Positions 1 to 11,033 of a stretch of DNA of 64,000 nucleotides are shown piece by piece (positions within the stretch are counted from its first letter, which is position 1; every line of letters begins with the position of its first letter). The position numbers and the translations under genes were made by a program. This stretch comes from Carpediemonas membranifera BICM. Lineage: Eukaryota; Protista; Fornicata. The stretch lies in NCBI GenBank assembly GCA_019828565.1, contig JAHDYR010000012.1, positions 372,001 through 436,000 on the forward strand. Reading direction: 5' to 3'. Below the pieces are notes generated by a model. It was not told the origin of the DNA. It made no database searches and saw only the letters and a list, made by a program, of their open reading frames with translations.

Positions 1-234
1 GGGTCATGAATGCATCCATTGCTTCAACGCTAAGCACTCTTGCCACACTCGTCCTCTCGGTGCGGCCGTACCACTGAGAACGGCTGTCACAATCTCTGGA
101 AGAAGCGTAAGACTGGCCGTGGAATGACAAGTAGCCAGAGCCACATGCTCCAGACAACGGTCAGCACTACTTTATATTAAATGGCCGGGCTATCCAATAG
201 CTCCGGTAAATATCTACAACCACTCTCCCGTCAT

Positions 235-1609
235 CTAGCGGATCCATCCCATCTCCCGGGCTGGCGGGGCACGCGCCTTACCGTACACGGCCGGACGCAC
301 AGATCGGGCGACAGGCCTCCTGCTCGGATTCGCAGGGTACCTCGGCCTCGTGACCTTGGGGGCGGCGTTCGCGTGGTTGATGGGCTTGGCGGGCTGCGGC
401 ATAGCGTGGGGTGCTTGGTACCCGCGAGGTCTTGCCGCCTGGTACCGGGGAATGCGGGCCGGGGCGACGGGTCGTCTGGCCCCAGTCCGCGACTCCTCCC
501 CTATCGTCGTGAGCCTCGCCCCGATCTTGGGCAAGTGTGCCGGCAGGTCGGGCATCGGCGAGACCTTCATCTTGGGCGATACCATACCGTACTTGGGGGA
601 CGGCAAGTTGACTGCGAGCTGGCGCCCCTGCCGCTTGAACCGGATGGTGTCGACGAGCTGTCTCTTGAGCTGCGGGCTGGGCTGGAGCAGGGGCGGTTGC
701 CCCTCCGTCCCGGGCATCGTGTGGGCCGTGGGGACGAGGTGTAGGCGGGACCTTATCTCCTGCATCGAGAATAGTGTCTCGATCGAGGGTCGCCGGGAGG
801 GCTCCTGGCTCAGGCATGCGTTGAGGACGTTCGTCATATCCGTAGAGTAGTGCGAGGCGATGGGCTGGCGGCGGCCGTATAGGACCTTGTTTGCGAGGCC
901 CTTGAGGTCGTGCGCCTCATACGGATGGCGGAAGGTGAGCATCTCGTAGAGGCAGATGCCGAGTGACCAGACGTCGCTCTTCTCGTTGTACGACCGCGCC
1001 CTCCATATCTCTGGGGAGATGTAGAACGGCGTCCCAATCGACGTCTTGGCGAGCTGGTCGTCGGCCTTGAGCAGCTTCGACACGCCGAGGTCGCCCAGCT
1101 TAACTATGCTCTCTCCCATCATGAAGATATTCGCAGTCTTGAGGTCCCTGTGCAGGATCTTGCGGCCGTGCAGGTGCTTAAGGGCCAGGGCGACCTGGAG
1201 GAACATCGACCAGACTTGGGCCTCGTCGAAGAGGCGGCGGCGCTTCTTCCGCTCGTAGATGGCCTGCTGGAGGTCGCCCTTCGGGGCGTAGTCCATGACG
1301 ATGAAGAGTTTGTCGTTCTCGAAGAAGGAGTCGTAGTAGCGGCAGATGTTGGGGGATGACACGCTTGCAAGCAGACGGATCTCGTTCAGTGATTCCTGTC
1401 TTTCCCTGTGTTATGCTGGTATGACGTGGTGGAACTAACCTTGGGCTCATGTTGCGCAGTTGGACTTCCTTGATGGCGTAACTGTATAATGGAGCTAAAG
1501 ATATCACGAACACTTTGGAATCGGAGCGGCGCTTGACCTTATATACGGCTCCATATGAACCTTTGCCTAGAAATGTTTCTATGGCGAATTCCTTCATTGA
1601 AGTCGCCAT
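235..1609 (-). CDS. NIMA-related (NEK) Ser/Thr protein kinase, 3 exons (introns 1482-1511 and 1406-1439)
   Basis: GKGSYG P-loop, YAIKE, HRDLKTANIF, DLG and GTPFYISPE motifs. Removing GTTCGT...ATACAG (30 nt) and GTTAGT...ACACAG (34 nt) joins ORF 1178..1684 to ORF 235..1362, giving KVYAIKE...PRERQESLNEIRLLASVSSPNI. Confidence 0.93.
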
Positions 1610-1850
1610 CTTGTTTCTCTCTTCACTCTGGAAATTCGGGAAAATTCTACCCGAGTCACATCCGAGTTCCGGAAAATTGGTCACCCAACGATCTTTCGTA
1701 GCAGATGTATTGCAAGAATATGCCGCGTATCGATGATTTCACCCCTCCCTTCGTCCCGTAGTACGATTCCCCGAAATGTCAGATCTGCGCACAACCTCCA
1801 TCATTCTGCAATATGCCCTTTTAATGTAACAAACGGCACCTAGCGACATC

Positions 1851-3371
1851 CTACAGTACAATCTTCCCGTCCCCGAGCCCCTCTTCCTTGGCCTCGTCCA
1901 CCATCCTCATGTTGTTCTGACTCATCGACAGTCGGCCATGAATCGTCCTCAGCTCCCCGGGCCCCTCTACAGGACTACAGGCCCACACATTGGTGCCGGG
2001 CACCCGCACGGCGAAGATTCCGATGCCGAAGAACTCCACCGTATTCACGGCGTCCGGCACCACCATGCGGTCCCACCCCTCGTGCGGGCCGCGGGTGGTG
2101 CTAAACTGCTCGACTGTGGCGCCGTGGGAGACGTACATGACGTGACCCTCCTCTGCGCTGTGTCCGGGTGGCCGGCCAGCGTAGACTACGGCGGGCCATG
2201 GGGCGCCGAGGACTGAGGGTCGGGTGAAGAAGGCGCCGTCGACGGGGAAGGGGATCTCGACAGGAGTTGTGATGAACTCCGAATCTGATGGGACGATCAT
2301 GCGATTCGGGTTGTGACCGCAAACAAAGATTCTGTCATCGCTAAAGAAAATTGTGACAGCAAGTCTCCCGTGGACAACGACACAGTCGACCTCATCGATC
2401 GTAACGGCCCTGTGGAAGATCACGGGGCTGAACACAGTCAGGTCAACCCGCCCACCCACGCCGAGTTGGCCCAGCTGGTTGCTACCGCACGCCAAGACCG
2501 GAGTTGCCCTACTCTTGGTCAGAGCGAACGTGACGCCCGAGTCCGAGGAGTCCGTGAAGGACTGGAAGGCGTGTGTCGTCGGGTGGAGACCGTCCACCCG
2601 CCGCGGGGGCGTAACCTCGAGGTCAGAAGACCCCACCCCCAGTCGACCCGCGGTGTTGAGACCGGCAGCGGACCACACGCCGCCCACGCTGAAGAAGGTG
2701 GCACTAGGGACGGATACGATGCGAGCTTCTGCTGGTGATGAGCCGATCTCAACTCGATGGGGATAGGGCACGACCGGCATGTCACAATCCAGCCCCAGTA
2801 CCGCGTGTGGGTTAGCACCCCACGCGAACACCCCGCCCTCGGTCACGGCGAACACGGATATGCAGGAGGTGTCCCCATCGACAGGGAAGGCCTCCACGTA
2901 GACCACGGGAGGCAGTCTGACCAGCGTCGGGGTGTGGGTCGGGGTGTGGGTCGAGGTGTCTGGGGGATCGGCCCAGGCCCGCTGGGAGCAGGAGTTGTCC
3001 CCTGACACGAGCAGGCGGCGGCCGACAGTAATAAAGTCGTTGTGGTCGGTAGTTAGAGACACGACCCGCTCGTTGGGGCCCGTGTTGACAGCTAGAAACT
3101 TCTTGCTCAGAAACCAGGCGGCCCCGTCCTCCGCGGCGGCCATGAAGAGCAGCACCAGGAGGACCTGGTCCGGCAGAGTGCAAATGGACTCATGTCCCGC
3201 GACCAGTATCTGATCAGAGTTCCCCAGGTGCCGCTGCGCCTTGTCCAGCAGGGCGCGGGTCCGGGCGAGACTGGGGCTCCTGTGGATGAAGGGCAAGGTC
3301 GAGTCGGAGACGCTGCGGAGGCGGTCAATGAGCGCTGTACTGTCCACTGGCTGTGTCTCCTGCGCCATCAT
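1851..3371 (-). CDS. RCC1/BLIP-II repeat beta-propeller protein (lineage-expanded family)
   Basis: Repeated RCC1-like units (VFAWGANPHAVLGL, AAGLNTAGRLGVG, LACGSNQLGQLGVG, IFVCGHN). The start is probably MMAQETQ (3371), although the ORF is open to 3665. Confidence 0.75.
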   Translation of the reverse strand: MMAQETQPVDSTALIDRLRSVSDSTLPFIHRSPSLARTRALLDKAQRHLGNSDQILVAGHESICTLPDQVLLVLLFMAAAEDGAAWFLSKKFLAVNTGPNERVVSLTTDHNDFITVGRRLLVSGDNSCSQRAWADPPDTSTHTPTHTPTLVRLPPVVYVEAFPVDGDTSCISVFAVTEGGVFAWGANPHAVLGLDCDMPVVPYPHRVEIGSSPAEARIVSVPSATFFSVGGVWSAAGLNTAGRLGVGSSDLEVTPPRRVDGLHPTTHAFQSFTDSSDSGVTFALTKSRATPVLACGSNQLGQLGVGGRVDLTVFSPVIFHRAVTIDEVDCVVVHGRLAVTIFFSDDRIFVCGHNPNRMIVPSDSEFITTPVEIPFPVDGAFFTRPSVLGAPWPAVVYAGRPPGHSAEEGHVMYVSHGATVEQFSTTRGPHEGWDRMVVPDAVNTVEFFGIGIFAVRVPGTNVWACSPVEGPGELRTIHGRLSMSQNNMRMVDEAKEEGLGDGKIVL

Positions 3372-3785
3372 CGCGCTAACGACCTCGCGGATTGCTCTTT
3401 GGACGAGGGCGGGCACGTTTCCGGGAGAGTTCTTCAAGAGAGGAGCTGCGGCAGCGCTGAGACCGATAAGGTGGCATAGATGATGAAAGAGGTTGTCATT
3501 GGATGTACTGGCATCCGTATCCGCTCTGTTATGGCTCCCTTCGAAGACTGCAGGGTTTGTTTCACTGATCTTTGCACCACCAAGGTTCCCGCAGCAATCC
3601 ATCACCGAAGTTTCATTCTCTAACCGGTAAGAAGCTACGTTCTTCATTTCCATCTCTCTAAGCACAAGACTGGTGTGGATCGTTCACCACTACGGCATGC
3701 AGATCTCGCGGGTGGATCCAACGACATCCAAGCAGCCGGACTGGCCATACCACTCAGTGCCTGGCAGAACCATCCCACACTCATG

Positions 3786-3892
3786 CAGCCCAGCTCCGTG
3801 TCGCTGACGCCGAGGTGCTTGAGGAGCTCGGGCGCCTTGGACAGGATCGACTCGACCAGTCCATGCTCCTCGGCCAGCTGCGCCACCAGCTC
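3786..3892 (-). repeat. ~107-bp direct copy of the 3' end of the B-box gene (9669-9776)
   Basis: Near-identical to 9669-9776 (3 substitutions and 1 indel); both encode AQLAEEHGLVESILSKAPELLKHLGVSDTELG. Confidence 0.95.
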
Positions 3893-4391
3893 AGATAAAC
3901 GTCATCTCATGCGGGCAACACTTGAGCCAGCCACAGTCCACCCGCTAGGTAAGTCTTTCAGGTTGTCACAAGCATCGGGCTGCCAGACCGGCCTGGATGC
4001 TTTGGAAGCTGTGTACACCATTTCTTCAGATTGATCTCATTTATGCTATCCTGTAGCGGCACGTATATCGTAAATGTATTCACCAAGCAGCCCGTGACGA
4101 AGAGACAGTTTTGAACCCAATATCGTCATCGGACGGAAGGTGTTATCTTCTGACGCTGATAACCAGGTTAATAGTGCCGATACTTATCCTCTTGGCACGC
4201 CGCTTCTCCCAGACCCCTTGGAGACAGAAAATTCTCAGAGAGAAGGCAATGCGACGCGTATAGAACAACAAACCGACGAGAAAACAACTCTGCTGAGCAT
4301 GAAGCAAACATGGATGTAGGAGTTCGTAGAAACCCGTTCTTTTTTGATTTGCAAGCCAGTACTAGGCTGAACCAGCTCAAGGGAGGCTCTG

Positions 4392-7300
4392 TTGGATCAG
4401 CTCCAAGCAGACAGCATAGTGTCGGTCTCCAAGGCCAGCAGTGTTGTGACCGACGCCCAAGAAGAACAAGAAGAAGAACCGGTCTCCCAGGCCGAGCAAG
4501 GCCGACCTGACCATGCTCTCCTTGTCCAAGAGATTGATTGGGGGCTTTCTGGCGCCGAGCCCCTGCAGCAAGAGGCAGCACCCGTCGTGCAACTCAACAT
4601 CGACATGCGGCAGGAAGGCAACATCTGGGTCCCTGGCACCCCCAGTTGCAGACTAGCACCGCAATGCCTGTAGTACCCATCCCCCGCCAGTGGTGCCCCT
4701 CACCGCCGCTTCCATCACGATCGAGGACATCATGGGGCTGCGGGAAACATTGCTGCGGCAGTGTCACCGTCAGACGGGCCGGGCAGAGTCTGGTGTCGAG
4801 ATCATGAAGATCCTGCATGATACCGGCCAGCTGACCCACCCTGCTGGACTTCACATTCGACCTCGACCGTGACTTCTCGCATATCAATGACAGCAAGAGA
4901 CGCAAAGCTGCGGAGAAGAGCGCCAGGAAGACACTGAAGAGGAAGATTGCAGTGTATGACATCAAGATTGTGCAGGCCGAGAACACCCAGGTCGCGGGGG
5001 TGTTGCAAGTGGTCGAGAACCACATCAACCTGGCCGTCAGGGGCCAGCTGAACACCGCGTATCAGCGTCCCTGAGCCGAACGTGCCCACCCCGCCGGCCG
5101 AAGCTCGTCCTGATAGTGGGCCTACGTCCGAGCTCAAGGAGACCAACTTCGCCAGCCGACTGTCTAACAGCCACATGAGAGGGCGGCTTGAAGAGTACGA
5201 CGCCCTGCTGGCCATTCTCAACGTCCACATCGACCCTCTGCCGGCCCAGCCGACCAGGGCCGAACCTGATCTCCCAGAGCAGACTCCGGAGTGCCGGAGC
5301 AGTGTTGAGAAAGTCAGGAAGAAGGCACTGGCCCTGTGACGGAAGCAGTGCGAACGGGTGCGGAACGAGGTCATAGCGGCTGAGACCAGAGCGCTGGAGC
5401 AAGACACTACCAAGCTCCAGACAATGCTGGAAGAAAGACGGGGCACGCTGAAGGACCGTCTGGCACGTCCCCCGGCTACCAAGAAGAAAGCGCCGGGAGG
5501 TCCGAGGGAAGACGACCCAGAGGCAGGGAAGCGATTCGAGCACGACGCCATCGTTCGCTACTTCACGGCCATGTCGGGCATGACCGGCCTGGGGCTCATC
5601 AAGGCCCCCGCCAGGGATTCTTCCCTCGACGACGTCACCGCCGAGCTGGGTCGGGTGACAGTCGACCCCGTCTTCAACGTTGATGAGATCGAGCAGGCCC
5701 TTTACAACGACGCTGACCTGCACCGCGCCGACACCCTCTTGTCCCAGGCCGATTTCTCTCCCGAGGACGGCAGGGTCGACCTCGGTCGGTTGACACCTTT
5801 GCTCTCACTCGCCAAGGACCCGATTCCCGCCCTCAAGGGCCGCGTCAAGGAGGTGCTGGAGAGGAGTGACGCCTTCCATGCCCACGTTATTCGCGGCGAC
5901 ACCGGAAAGATGCGCTCGAAGAAGCTGCTCCGGAGCGGCAAGTTCGGCCCCGTCGTCCTCAACTGCCTCGACCGGGAGGGCCGGTCGCCACTGTACAACG
6001 CGTTCGTGCACAGCCAGGACAAGACCTTCGCAGCGCTGCTCAAGGCCGGCTGCCTGCTCGACGACGCCTTCCCGGACGGCCACCCCATGCTTACCGCTGT
6101 CAGTCGGCCAGAGATGCTCGATGCCTTGCTCCGCATGAAGGTCGACGTCAACACTATGAGTAGAGGCCGCACGCCGCTCATTGCTGCCATCCAGGGCGAG
6201 CACTGGGACGCCGTGACGAAGCTCCTCGACCTCGGAGCCGACCCCCTTCTCCCAAGTCCCGAGAACAACTCATGGCACGCTGCCCTAGCCTGTACCGACC
6301 CAATATTCGCGGATCTCGTCAAAGAGGAGATCATGCTGGTTATCTCGCAGGCGCTCGCCACTGCTGCGCGCCTCTCGGACACAAGCCGCATGAGACAGCT
6401 CCTCGACGCGGACGTCCTCCCCGCCGGCTCGCCCCAGCTGGTCACCCCTCTGCTTGCAGCCGTGAAGAAGGGCAGTCTCGACTCTGTTGGGCTCCTGCTG
6501 AGGCACGGCGCTGACCCAACCACGGCAGAGCAGAGGCAGTGTGCCCTCGACCTCGCCAGCGGTGACCGCCGCATGACCTTCGCGCTGACAAGGGCGATGG
6601 AGGTTCAGTTGTTGGCGGACCGCGAGGCACTAGCGACCGATGAAGCTGGTGGTACATTCCCCATCGAGCATGTGCGAGTCGACCACGGCATACAGACAGA
6701 CTTCGCCGGCCCTGCATCGAGCGGTACATCCAGTCGCAGCTCGGGTCTGGTTGGCTTGCCCACGCTGTTCGCCTCCAAGCCCGCTTTCGGCGAACCCGGT
6801 CTAAGCCTGGCCAAGCCTCCCCCCACCCAATGTTCACCTTCCCGGCGCCCGAGACCTTCCCTATTCGCGAATCCTATCGCTCTAAGCTGCACCATGGATT
6901 CGGACTGTGCAACGCCCGCTACCGCAACAACCCTGGTGGGGGTGACTGCGCCATCTTCGCCCTCCACAACCTGGACCCGACCCTCTTCAGCAACGACACC
7001 GTCCGCACCCGCGCCGCAGCTCGCTCTCTCCTTGCGAAGCCCCAGACCGCGCTCGACCTGGTAGAGACGGGGTTCACGACCCCGCAGCTCCGCGAGATGT
7101 TCGAGGGCAGTAACTTCGTCAACCTGCCCGCACTCTGGGCGATCCAGCTGTACCTCTCGGGGCGGGTCCAGCGAGACACCGTCGGCCAGTTCCTGCTGCA
7201 CCAGTACGCCAGTGTTTCGGACAATAGCGGCGCCCACAGAACCATCGAGCGGTTCCACATCGAGCTGACCAACGACAAGTTCATACTTCGCTGCACCTAC

Positions 7301-7606
7301 CCAGATCCGAAGATGACCAGTGAGTGGACCGCATTCGCCGAGGGCGTCGGGTACTGCCACGGCCACTACTTCAACGTCCACCCGGCCAGGCGTGTGAGTC
7401 AGCCTGCCATGTGGTATAGCCTCGCCGCAGTGCCCGCCGAGTGTGACCTTAAACCTGCAGCTCGGTCGGCCACAGCCTCCAATCAACCTGACGTGAGCGC
7501 CGCCCTGTTGCGCTGCTACACAATTGCTGCCGCGAAGACCGGCTCAATCCCCGGTGACATCCCCTCGCTGCTCCGACACGCCTACTCCAGACATTTCGGC
7601 AAGATC
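4392..7606 (+). pseudogene. Disrupted coiled-coil / ankyrin-repeat / OTU-like cysteine protease gene
   Basis: Coding-like segments broken by frame changes (about 4680, 4840, 5065, 6825) and an in-frame TGA at 5337. Ankyrin repeats (GRSPLYNA, GRTPLIAAI..LLDLGADP, TPLLAAV..LLRHGADP). OTU-like NNPGGGDCAIFAL ... GHYFNV after 6830. Confidence 0.7.
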
Positions 7607-9234
7607 ATGCCCGCTGAGAGGGTCTCCGCTGAGCCAGTCGACGACGACGACTCCTTCGACGACAGCACTCGCGAGGAGCTACTCGCCCTACTCAACGGCA
7701 TCCCCACGCTCAAGCCCAAGGCACAGGCCCTCCTCGATCGCGCCCGCTCGCGATCCTCACAGACGGCCCCCCGCTGTCCATGAACGTCGAGCTGACGGAT
7801 GGCGAGGATCTCCCGGTCGCCCTGTACACGCTGAAACAATGCACGCTGTGGGCCATAATGATGGCAGCTGGGGCCAACCCTGACCTCGACGACAAGCTAC
7901 CGTCCAAGCTCAGCAAGCTCTACTCGACTCAGGCCAAGTGCCTCTGGTTCCTGTGCAAGAAGCTGTTCTTCTGTCAGCAAGCCGCCAGTCGCGATGGTAA
8001 CACTTACATGAACTACGATCCTCAGGTGAAGGACTCCGACGTTTATGCGCACATGCTCTACCTCGGCCACCTCTTCGTGGCCAATTCCAAGAAACACAGA
8101 CGCTTCACCCGCGCCGCCATGGTTCATACCAGCCGGGTTGAAGGAACAGAGACCTTCATCGCTGTGACGCCCCGGGGTTTATGGGAGTGGAAGAAGGACA
8201 ACCTCCCCACCCGTGTCACGTTCAGAACAAGCCCACAAGCGGCGGAGTACGAGCGAAGCCTTCAGCCTTGGTCCAAGGATTGTCTCGTGAAGGGTGTATG
8301 CTTCGGTGACTACATGAATACGGTCATCGTCGTCACGGAGGCGGGTCTGTTTGCATCGGGCAGAGACGCCCACGAATTCGTCGGTAACGTCCGCGGGCAA
8401 TCACAGTTCAACCCCATCTACCTCCCAGACGACTTCGTCCCAGAGAGTGTGCAGTACTGCCATTGTACCGCAGTTTTGACCATGGGCGATCGGCAGATGA
8501 TATCGAGCAACAACGAATCATATCAGCTCGGTCTCGGGCATTACAACAAGCTGAGCGGCTTCGTCGACTTTCCGTTCCATGTCGAGGGGATCGTGGCCGG
8601 CTGTAATAGATGTAACTTCTTCGAGAGCAATCACCGTATTCTGTTCGCAGGTCAAGTGGATTCTCACCATGTAGCATCGGGATTGTTGCCCAGCCTCGAA
8701 GATGATTACTTCTGCATCGAGCCGACGCCGCTTCATTTCCAGGAGCCGGTCAAGGCCTTTTTCAGCGACGAGAGTCGTGTCATCTGGGTAGCCGAGGGGA
8801 AGACCCACTACGTCCGAAAGATGATGGGGATTCCACTCAGCGAGTTCACACTGCCGTTTGAGATCGCCCACGTTGTTCCAGATTTGATCACCATGGCGAA
8901 TATCCTCCGTAATCTGTTGTCCAAGGGTGATGATAATGACAACCACTTTGACATATCACGCGATGGGCACCAGGACCGTTTCCGCGACGCAGAAGGCGTC
9001 TGGCACGAACTTGTAGCCGTGACCAACTCGGTGCCAAAACTGCGCGACTGTGACGAGCCTACCGAGGATCATCAGCCCGTATCACGGTCGACGTCCAGCC
9101 GGGGGAGTACCCCAGTCAAGTCGCCCGTATCACCAAAGCTGAGCGGGAGAAGAAGGAAGCTCGGCAACGCCCCGAGCGGAGAAGGCAGCGCAGCAGCGAC
9201 AACGACAACAGCAGCGACGACAGAGGTATCTTGA
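7607..9234 (+). CDS. RCC1-like family protein, paralog of 1851..3371, with an apparent 1-nt frameshift at ~7770
   Basis: ORF 7780..9234 has the RCC1-like unit SSNNESYQLGLG. Its N-terminal motif (KAQALLDRA..LYTL..LWAIMMAA..WFLCKKLF) matches RTRALLDKA..ICTL..LLFMAA..WFLSKKFL of the 1851 gene, but starts in the upstream frame at MPAERV (7607). One extra C in the C6 run near 7770 joins the frames. Confidence 0.65.
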
Positions 9235-9665
9235 GTTTGCTGGACCCTGAGACCAAGATGCAGCTCTTTCTTCAGTCAATAATGTCATAGCGAGTCGGCT
9301 GCATCCGTCGTCCATTGTTATAAATATGTTTATACGAGACCGTCGAGAGTTCTGGGTGACTTGAACTGCGAGCAGGGGAACCCGAGGAATTGGGGTCTGT
9401 GGAATACCGGGTTCCTTGTGGCTCAGTGGTTCGATATCACAGGCCCAAGTTCAGCCCGTTTGTCAGCGCCAACCCAGGATGATAACCGATGAATAGTGGT
9501 GACGGTCTGAGCGACGATGAGCTGGGGGTGGGTCGGGACCGTGCTAACGAGAGCTGTGCCGAGAAGCTCATCTGACCAACTTCAGGACGAGCAGCACAAG
9601 GCCTGCCCACCAAGGATGTTATGGCGCGGCTTGACTACCGACCAATGAACGCACTGTTGGTACAT

Positions 9666-10943
9666 TTACAGCCCCAGCTCCGTGTCGCTGACGCCGAGGT
9701 GCTTGAGGAGCTCGGGCGCCTTGGACAGGATCGACTCCACCAGTCCATGCTCCTCGGCCAACTGCGCCTCCAGCTCGGCGATGCGGGCGTCCTTCGCCTT
9801 CAGCTGCGCCCTGAGGTCATCGCACTCGGCGCATGCATCGGGGCTATCGAGAATGGACAGGGCGCCGTCGGCCCCACCCTCCGCACCCGCCCCGGCACCG
9901 CTCACAGCTCTGCGGGCGAAGGAGAGGGCGTTCCAGCTGAGCGCGGCCCTGATCGCAGTGACGGTGCGGTCCTTCACCGTCTGGTCGGTCGAGACGCTGT
10001 CAGCGATGTAGGCCTCGATCCGACCCGCCTCCTCTGTTATTCTCTCAAGCATGAACCGGTGCGAGTCGTGCGTGCTCAGCCTGTCCGTGCAGCCCGCGAC
10101 ATACCGCACGAGGCGGTCCTTGAGCTTCAGCGCCTCCGTGTCGGTCGCTGTGATGAAGACATCCCTCTCCGCGGCCATAGAGTCCAGCTCACGCCCGACG
10201 CGGTCCTGCAGGTCGGCGAGGGTCGCGCTCTCCTCTGTCATTTGCTCGACCACCTCAGCGAGGGACATGACGTGGTGGTCCTCATGGTATTGGTGGAGGC
10301 AGCGGGGGCAGACCGCCACGTTACAGTCCATGCAGATGCCGTTGAACTGTAGCTGGTGCTGTCTGCACGTTGCCGACGAGGGCAGTATGCTAGGGGGTCG
10401 CATGTCGAAGAAGTACTCGATGATGAACAGGGGTCGCACGGGCACCGTCGAGACTGTCCAGTAGTGCTCGGAGTACAGGTCCGCGGCGTCACTGTTGGGC
10501 GTGAACACTGAGTCGAAGCCGGGCTCGAGGCCAGCGACGGAGGCAGGGATGGGCGTCCCGTCGGGCTTGACGATGCACTTGCCGAGGTCGACATCGCATA
10601 GAAGCTGGCGGAAAACCTGTCTTGTGGACGCTGCGGTCTTGATCCCATGCGCCTCGGGCACGAACGCGCGGCCGAAGTGGTAGCCTTGTGGTGTGGGCTG
10701 GAAACCATTGGTGAGGACCTCGCGGAAACTGTCGATGTCCTCGGGGATGAAGAATAGTGGGTTTGTAACATTGTTCATTGAGGAATCAGCGTCATCGGGT
10801 TCCTTCGTGTCGACAATTCGATGAACCGCCTTGACGCGGCAGTAGTGGCGTTCTTCCTCGCTCAAAGAGTAACGCAGGAACGCCGATATCTGCCAACTAA
10901 GCGCATCATCTTTTGTTAAGGCCTGTGCGAGCAGACCTTCCAT
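9666..10943 (-). CDS. ADP-ribosyltransferase (PARP-like) fold + B-box zinc finger + coiled-coil protein
   Basis: PARP-like strands (VLTNGF..YHFGRAF, QLLCDVDLGK, PGFDSV, VRPLFIIEY), B-box CRQH..CMDCNVAVCPRC..HEDH, and a C-terminal coiled coil. Confidence 0.7.
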   Translation of the reverse strand: MEGLLAQALTKDDALSWQISAFLRYSLSEEERHYCRVKAVHRIVDTKEPDDADSSMNNVTNPLFFIPEDIDSFREVLTNGFQPTPQGYHFGRAFVPEAHGIKTAASTRQVFRQLLCDVDLGKCIVKPDGTPIPASVAGLEPGFDSVFTPNSDAADLYSEHYWTVSTVPVRPLFIIEYFFDMRPPSILPSSATCRQHQLQFNGICMDCNVAVCPRCLHQYHEDHHVMSLAEVVEQMTEESATLADLQDRVGRELDSMAAERDVFITATDTEALKLKDRLVRYVAGCTDRLSTHDSHRFMLERITEEAGRIEAYIADSVSTDQTVKDRTVTAIRAALSWNALSFARRAVSGAGAGAEGGADGALSILDSPDACAECDDLRAQLKAKDARIAELEAQLAEEHGLVESILSKAPELLKHLGVSDTELGL

Positions 10944-11033
10944 CAAAATATTCACGCCGTCGCCAATGCCAACTTCCGAGAGTTACAAATGACACGGATT
11001 TATTAGGGACCAAGGAAACACAGGCCCAACCCC

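Noticed and set aside
2927-2960. Short tandem repeat (GTCGGGGTGTGG)
   Set aside because: Encodes a THTPTHTPT linker inside a CDS; ordinary slippage.
3905-3957. U1-like 5' end ACTTACCT on the minus strand followed by a stem
   Set aside because: No U1-70K or U1A loop motifs and no Sm site at the expected spacing.
9409-9450. tRNA-like TGGCTCAGTGGTTCGA (A box and B box run together)
   Set aside because: No anticodon arm or cloverleaf can be built; too short.
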